NCBI GenBank assembly: GCA_964016885.1
Contig: OZ024742.1
Span: forward strand, 25,296,001-25,360,000
Length of the DNA: 64,000 bases
Direction: 5' to 3'
Source: Eledone cirrhosa
Lineage: Eukaryota
The notes under the pieces are model-generated. The model did no database searches. It was given only the letters and a program-made list of their open reading frames with translations, and was not told the origin of the DNA. The translations under genes and the position numbers were made by a program. Numbering within the stretch: the first letter of the stretch is position 1; each line of letters begins with the position of its first letter. Below are positions 56,901 to 64,000 of the stretch, piece after piece.

Positions 56901-59900
56901 ATCCTATAATCTATGTTACACCACTACCCCACTCCACCACTGTTAAATCCTATAATCTATGTTACACTAAATCTATGTTACACAACTATCCCACTCCACA
57001 ACTGTTAAATCCTACAATCTATGTTACACAACTACCCCACTCCACCACTGTTAAATTCTATAATTTATGTTACACTAAATCTATGTTACACAACTACGCC
57101 ACTCCACCAGTGTTAAATCCTACAATCTATGTTACACAACTACCCCTCTCCACCAGTATTAATTCCTACAATCTATGTTACACTAAATCTATGTTACACA
57201 ACTACACCAGTCCACCAGTGTTAAATCCTATAATCTATGTTACACAACTACGCCACTCCACCAGTGTTAAATCCTACAATCTATGTTACACTAGCTCTAT
57301 GTTACGCAACTACCCCACTCCACCACTGTTAAATCCTACAATCTATGTTACACTAAATCTATGTTACACAACTACCCCACTCCACCACTGTTAAATCCTA
57401 TAATCTATGTTACACAACTATCCCACTCCACCAGTATTAAATCCTATAATCTATGTTACACAACTACCCCACTCCACCAGTATTAATTCCTACAATCTAT
57501 GTTACACTAAATCTATGTTACAAAACTACCCCACTCCACCAGTGTTAAATCCTACAATCTATGTTACACTAAATCTATGTTACACAACTACCCTACTCTA
57601 CCAGTGTTAAATCCTATAATCTATGTTACACAACTACCCCACTCCACCGGTGTTAAATCCTATAATCTATGTTACACAACTACCCCACTCCACCGCTTTT
57701 AAATCCTATAATCTACGTTACACAACTACCCCACTCCACCAGTGTTAAATCCTATAATCTATATTACACAACTACCCCACTCCACCAGTGTTAAATCCTA
57801 CAATCTATGTTACACTAAATCTATGTTACACAACTACCCCACTCCACCACTGTTAAATCCTATAATGTTTGTTACACTAAATCTATGTTACACAACTACC
57901 CCACTCCACCAGTGTTAAATCCTATAATCTATGTTACACTAAATCTATGTTACACAACTATCCCACTCCACCACTGTTAAATCCTACAATCTATGTTACA
58001 CAACTACCCCACTCCACCACTGTTAAATCCTATAATCTATGTTACACTAAATCTATGTTACACAACTACCCCACTCCACCAGTGTTAAATCCTATAATCT
58101 ATGTTACACTACTACCCCACTCCACCACTGTTAAATCCTATAATCTATGTTACACAAAATCTATGTTACACAACTACTCCACTAAACCATTGTTAAATTC
58201 TATAATCTATGTCACACAAAATCTATGTTACACCACTAGCCCCACTCCACCACTGTTAAATCCTACTATGTTACACAACTACCCCACTCCACCAGTGTTA
58301 AATCCTACAATCTATGTTACACTAAATCTATGTTACACAACTACCCCACTCCACCACTGTTAAATCCTACAATCTATGTTACACAACTTCCCCACTCCAC
58401 CACTGTTAAATCCTACAATCTATGTTACACTACTATCCCACTCCACCACTGTTATATCCTATAATCTATGTTACACAAAATCTATGTTACACAACTATCC
58501 CACTCCACCATTGTTAAATCCTATAATCTATGTTACACAACTACCCCACTCCACCCCTGTTAAATCCTATAATCTATGTTACACTAAATCTATGTTACAC
58601 AACTACGCCACTCCACCAGTGTTAAATCCTACAATCTATGTTACACTAAATCTATGTTACACAACTATCCCACTCCACCACTGTTAAATCCTATAATCTA
58701 TGTTACACTAAATCAAAGTTACACTAAATCTATGTTACACAACTACGCCACTCCACCAGTGTTAAATCCTACAATCTATGTTGCACTAAATCTATGTTAC
58801 ACAACTATCCCACTCCACCACTGTTAAATCCTATAATCTATGTTACACTAAATCTATGTTACACAACCACCCCACTCCACCACTGTTAAATCCTATAATC
58901 TATGTTACACTAAATCTATGTTACACAACTACCCCACTCCACCTGTGTTAAATCCTATAATCTATGTTACACAACTACCCCACTCCACCAGTGTTAAATC
59001 CTACAATCTATGTTACACTAAATCTATGTTACACAACTACCCCACTCCACCACTGTTAAATCCTACAATCTATGTTACACAACTTCCCCACTCCACCACT
59101 GTTAAATCCTACAATCTATGTTACACTACTACCCCACTCCACCACTGTTAAATCCTATAATCTATGTTACACAAAATCCATGTTACACAACTATCCCACT
59201 CCACCATTGTTAAATCCTATAATCTATGTTACACAACTACCCCACTCCAACCCTGTTAAATCCTATAATCTATGTTACACTAAATCTATGTTACACAACT
59301 ACGCCACTCCACCAGTGTTAAATCCTACAATCTATGTTACACTAAATCTATGTTACACAACTATCCCACTCCACCACTGTTAAATCCTATAATCTATGTT
59401 ACACTAAATCTACGTTACACTAAATCTATGTTACACAACTACGCCACTCCACCAGTGTTAAATCCTACAATCTATGTTGCACTAAATCTATGTTACACAA
59501 CCACCCCACTCCACCACTGTTAAATCCTATAATCTATGATACACAACTATCCCACTCCACCACTGTTAACTCCTATAATCTATGTTACACTAAATCTATG
59601 TTACACAACCACCCCACTCCACCACTGTTAAATCCTATAATCTGTTACACTAAATCTATGTTACACAACCACCCCACTCCACCAGTGTTAAATCCTATAA
59701 TCTATGTTACACAACTACCCCACTCCACCAGTTTTAAATCCTACAATCTATGTTTCACTGAATCTATGTTACACTAAATCTATGTTACACAACTACCCCA
59801 CTCCACCAGTGTTAAACCTACAATCTATGTTACACTAAATCTATGTTACACTACTACCCAACTCCACTACTGTTAAATCCTATAATCTATGTTACACAAC

Positions 59901-62900
59901 TACCCCACTCCACTACTGTTAAATCCTATAATCTATGTTACACCACTACCCCACTCCACCACTGTTAAATCCTATAATCTATGTTACACTAAATCTATGT
60001 TACACAACTATCCCACTCCACAACTGTTAAATCCTACAATCTATGTTACACAACTACCCCACTCCACCACTGTTAAATTCTATAATTTATGTTACACTAA
60101 ATCTATGTTACACAACTACGCCACTCCACCAGTGTTAAATCCTACAATCTATGTTACACAACTACCCCTCTCCACCAGTATTAATTCCTACAATCTATGT
60201 TACACTAAATCTATGTTACACAACTACACCAGTCCACCAGTGTTAAATCCTATAATCTATGTTACACAACTACGCCACTCCACCAGTGTTAAATCCTACA
60301 ATCTATGTTACACTAGCTCTATGTTACGCAACTACCCCACTCCACCACTGTTAAATCCTACAATCTATGTTACACTAAATCTATGTTACACAACTACCCC
60401 ACTCCACCACTGTTAAATCCTATAATCTATGTTACACAACTATCCCACTCCACCAGTATTAAATCCTATAATCTATGTTACACAACTACCCCACTCCACC
60501 AGTATTAATTCCTACAATCTATGTTACACTAAATCTATGTTACAAAACTACCCCACTCCACCAGTGTTAAATCCTACAATCTATGTTACACTAAATCTAT
60601 GTTACACAACTACCCTACTCTACCAGTGTTAAATCCTATAATCTATGTTACACAACTACCCCACTCCACCGGTGTTAAATCCTATAATCTATGTTACACA
60701 ACTACCCCACTCCACCGCTTTTAAATCCTATAATCTACGTTACACAACTACCCCACTCCACCAGTGTTAAATCCTATAATCTATATTACACAACTACCCC
60801 ACTCCACCAGTGTTAAATCCTACAATCTATGTTACACTAAATCTATGTTACACAACTACCCCACTCCACCACTGTTAAATCCTATAATGTTTGTTACACT
60901 AAATCTATGTTACACAACTACCCCACTCCACCAGTGTTAAATCCTATAATCTATGTTACACTAAATCTATGTTACACAACTATCCCACTCCACCACTGTT
61001 AAATCCTACAATCTATGTTACACAACTACCCCACTCCACCACTGTTAAATCCTATAATCTATGTTACACTAAATCTATGTTACATAACTACCCCACTCCA
61101 CCAGTGTTAAATACTATAATCTATGTTACACTACTACCCCACTCCACCACTGTTAAATCCTATAATCTATGTTACACAAAATCTATGTTACACAACTACC
61201 CCACTAAACCATTGTTAAATTCTATAATCTATGTTACACAAAATCTATGTTACACCACTAGCCCCACTCCACCACTGTTAAATCCTACTATGTTACACAA
61301 CTACCCCACTCCACCAGTGTTAAATCCTACAATCTATGTTACACTAAATCTATGTTACACAACTACCCCACTCCACCACTGTTAAATCCTACAATCTATG
61401 TTACACAACTTCCCCACTCCACCACTGTTAAATCCTACAATCTATGTTACACTACTATCCCACTCCACCACTGTTAAATCCTATAATCTATGTTACACAA
61501 AATCTATGTTACACAACTATCCCACTCCACCATTGTTAAATCCTATAATCTATGTTACACAACTACCCCACTCCACAACTGTTAAATCCTACAATCTATG
61601 TTACACAACTACCCCACTCCACCACTGTTAAATTCTATAATTTATGTTACACTAAATCTATGTTACACAACTACGCCACTCCACCAGTGTTAAATCCTAC
61701 AATCTATGTTACACAACTACCCCTCTCCACCAGTATTAATTCCTACAATCTATGTTACACTAAATCTATGTTACACAACTACACCAGTCCACCAGTGTTA
61801 AATCCTATAATCTATGTTACACAACTACGCCACTCCACCAGTGTTAAATCCTACAATCTATGTTACACTAGCTCTATGTTACGCAACTACCCCACTCCAC
61901 CACTGTTAAATCCTACAATCTATGTTACACTAAATCTATGTTACACAACTACCCCACTCCACCACTGTTAAATCCTATAATCTATGTTACACAACTATCC
62001 CACTCCACCAGTATTAAATCCTATAATCTATGTTACACAACTACCCCACTCCACCAGTATTAATTCCTACAATCTATGTTACACTAAATCTATGTTACAA
62101 AACTACCCCACTCCACCAGTGTTAAATCCTACAATCTATGTTACACTAAATCTATGTTACACAACTACCCTACTCTACCAGTGTTAAATCCTATAATCTA
62201 TGTTACACAACTACCCCACTCCACCGGTGTTAAATCCTATAATCTATGTTACACAACTACCCCACTCCACCGCTTTTAAATCCTATAATCTACGTTACAC
62301 AACTACCCCACTCCACCAGTGTTAAATCCTATAATCTATATTACACAACTACCCCACTCCACCAGTGTTAAATCCTACAATCTATGTTACACTAAATCTA
62401 TGTTACACAACTACCCCACTCCACCACTGTTAAATCCTATAATGTTTGTTACACTAAATCTATGTTACACAACTACCCCACTCCACCAGTGTTAAATCCT
62501 ATAATCTATGTTACACTAAATCTATGTTACACAACTATCCCACTCCACCACTGTTAAATCCTACAATCTATGTTACACAACTACCCCACTCCACCACTGT
62601 TAAATCCTATAATCTATGTTACACTAAATCTATGTTACACAACTACCCCACTCCACCAGTGTTAAATCCTATAATCTATGTTACACTACTACCCCACTCC
62701 ACCACTGTTAAATCCTATAATCTATGTTACACAAAATCTATGTTACACAACTACTCCACTAAACCATTGTTAAATTCTATAATCTATGTCACACAAAATC
62801 TATGTTACACCACTAGCCCCACTCCACCACTGTTAAATCCTACTATGTTACACAACTACCCCACTCCACCAGTGTTAAATCCTACAATCTATGTTACACT

Positions 62901-64000
62901 AAATCTATGTTACACAACTACCCCACTCCACCACTGTTAAATCCTACAATCTATGTTACACAACTTCCCCACTCCACCACTGTTAAATCCTACAATCTAT
63001 GTTACACTACTATCCCACTCCACCACTGTTATATCCTATAATCTATGTTACACAAAATCTATGTTACACAACTATCCCACTCCACCATTGTTAAATCCTA
63101 TAATCTATGTTACACAACTACCCCACTCCACCCCTGTTAAATCCTATAATCTATGTTACACTAAATCTATGTTACACAACTACGCCACTCCACCAGTGTT
63201 AAATCCTACAATCTATGTTACACTAAATCTATGTTACACAACTATCCCACTCCACCACTGTTAAATCCTATAATCTATGTTACACTAAATCAAAGTTACA
63301 CTAAATCTATGTTACACAACTACGCCACTCCACCAGTGTTAAATCCTACAATCTATGTTGCACTAAATCTATGTTACACAACTATCCCACTCCACCACTG
63401 TTAAATCCTATAATCTATGTTACACTAAATCTATGTTACACAACCACCCCACTCCACCACTGTTAAATCCTATAATCTATGTTACACTAAATCTATGTTA
63501 CACAACTACCCCACTCCACCTGTGTTAAATCCTATAATCTATGTTACACAACTACCCCACTCCACCAGTGTTAAATCCTACAATCTATGTTACACTAAAT
63601 CTATGTTACACAACTACCCCACTCCACCACTGTTAAATCCTACAATCTATGTTACACAACTTCCCCACTCCACCACTGTTAAATCCTACAATCTATGTTA
63701 CACTACTACCCCACTCCACCACTGTTAAATCCTATAATCTATGTTACACAAAATCCATGTTACACAACTATCCCACTCCACCATTGTTAAATCCTATAAT
63801 CTATGTTACACAACTACCCCACTCCAACCCTGTTAAATCCTATAATCTATGTTACACTAAATCTATGTTACACAACTACGCCACTCCACCAGTGTTAAAT
63901 CCTACAATCTATGTTACACTAAATCTATGTTACACAACTATCCCACTCCACCACTGTTAAATCCTATAATCTATGTTACACTAAATCTACGTTACACTAA
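38931..64000 (+). repeat. 46/62-bp satellite: 46-mer AATCTATGTTACACAACTACCCCACTCCACCA(C/G)TGTTAAATCCTA(T/C), optionally preceded by a 16-bp partial duplication AATCTATGTTACACTA; runs off the right window edge
   Basis: The two monomer lengths are directly visible. 46+62=108 bp explains the 36-aa peptide period in the many short ORFs. Identical ORFs recur at fixed kb offsets. Confidence 0.98.

Noticed and set aside
37153-63960. Dozens of short MLHNYPTPP... ORFs
   Set aside because: They are translations of the 46/62-bp satellite. Neither monomer is a multiple of 3, so frames stay open only while 46 and 62 alternate.
36222-64000. Repeated TATAAT as bacterial -10 or TATA promoter elements
   Set aside because: The motif is simply part of the satellite monomers, varies freely to TACAAT, and has no downstream gene.

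Overview
This window is almost entirely eukaryotic-type tandem repeat DNA. I find no supportable protein-coding gene, RNA gene or CRISPR array, and the ORF track is explained by repeat periodicity. Layout: (1) 1-~23.2 kb, a 57-bp satellite (~400 copies) with kb-scale higher-order duplications; (2) 23.4-25.4 kb, CAC/CAA/CAT trinucleotide-derived repeats; (3) a tRNA-type SINE on the - strand at ~25.4-25.6 kb; (4) 25.6-34.4 kb, a 24-bp (AAC)3-ACT-RCC-(ACC)3 minisatellite; (5) a truncated SINE, CT-rich tracts and a + strand SINE at 34.4-36.2 kb; (6) a 35-bp hairpin-containing minisatellite interrupted by an inverted copy of the next satellite (36.96-38.30 kb); (7) a degenerate transition zone; (8) ~38.9-64 kb, a 46/62-bp satellite with nested higher-order repeats. 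From memory, the SINE resembles the abundant tRNA-derived SINE of Octopus genomes; this was not checked against a database. The most notable structures are a fold-back inverted duplication of the satellite's left edge, apparent shared ancestry of the 35-bp and 46/62-bp satellites, arrays starting at SINE 3' tails, and a window-wide C/A versus G/T strand asymmetry. I see repeat-evolution mechanisms here rather than evidence for a new gene system.
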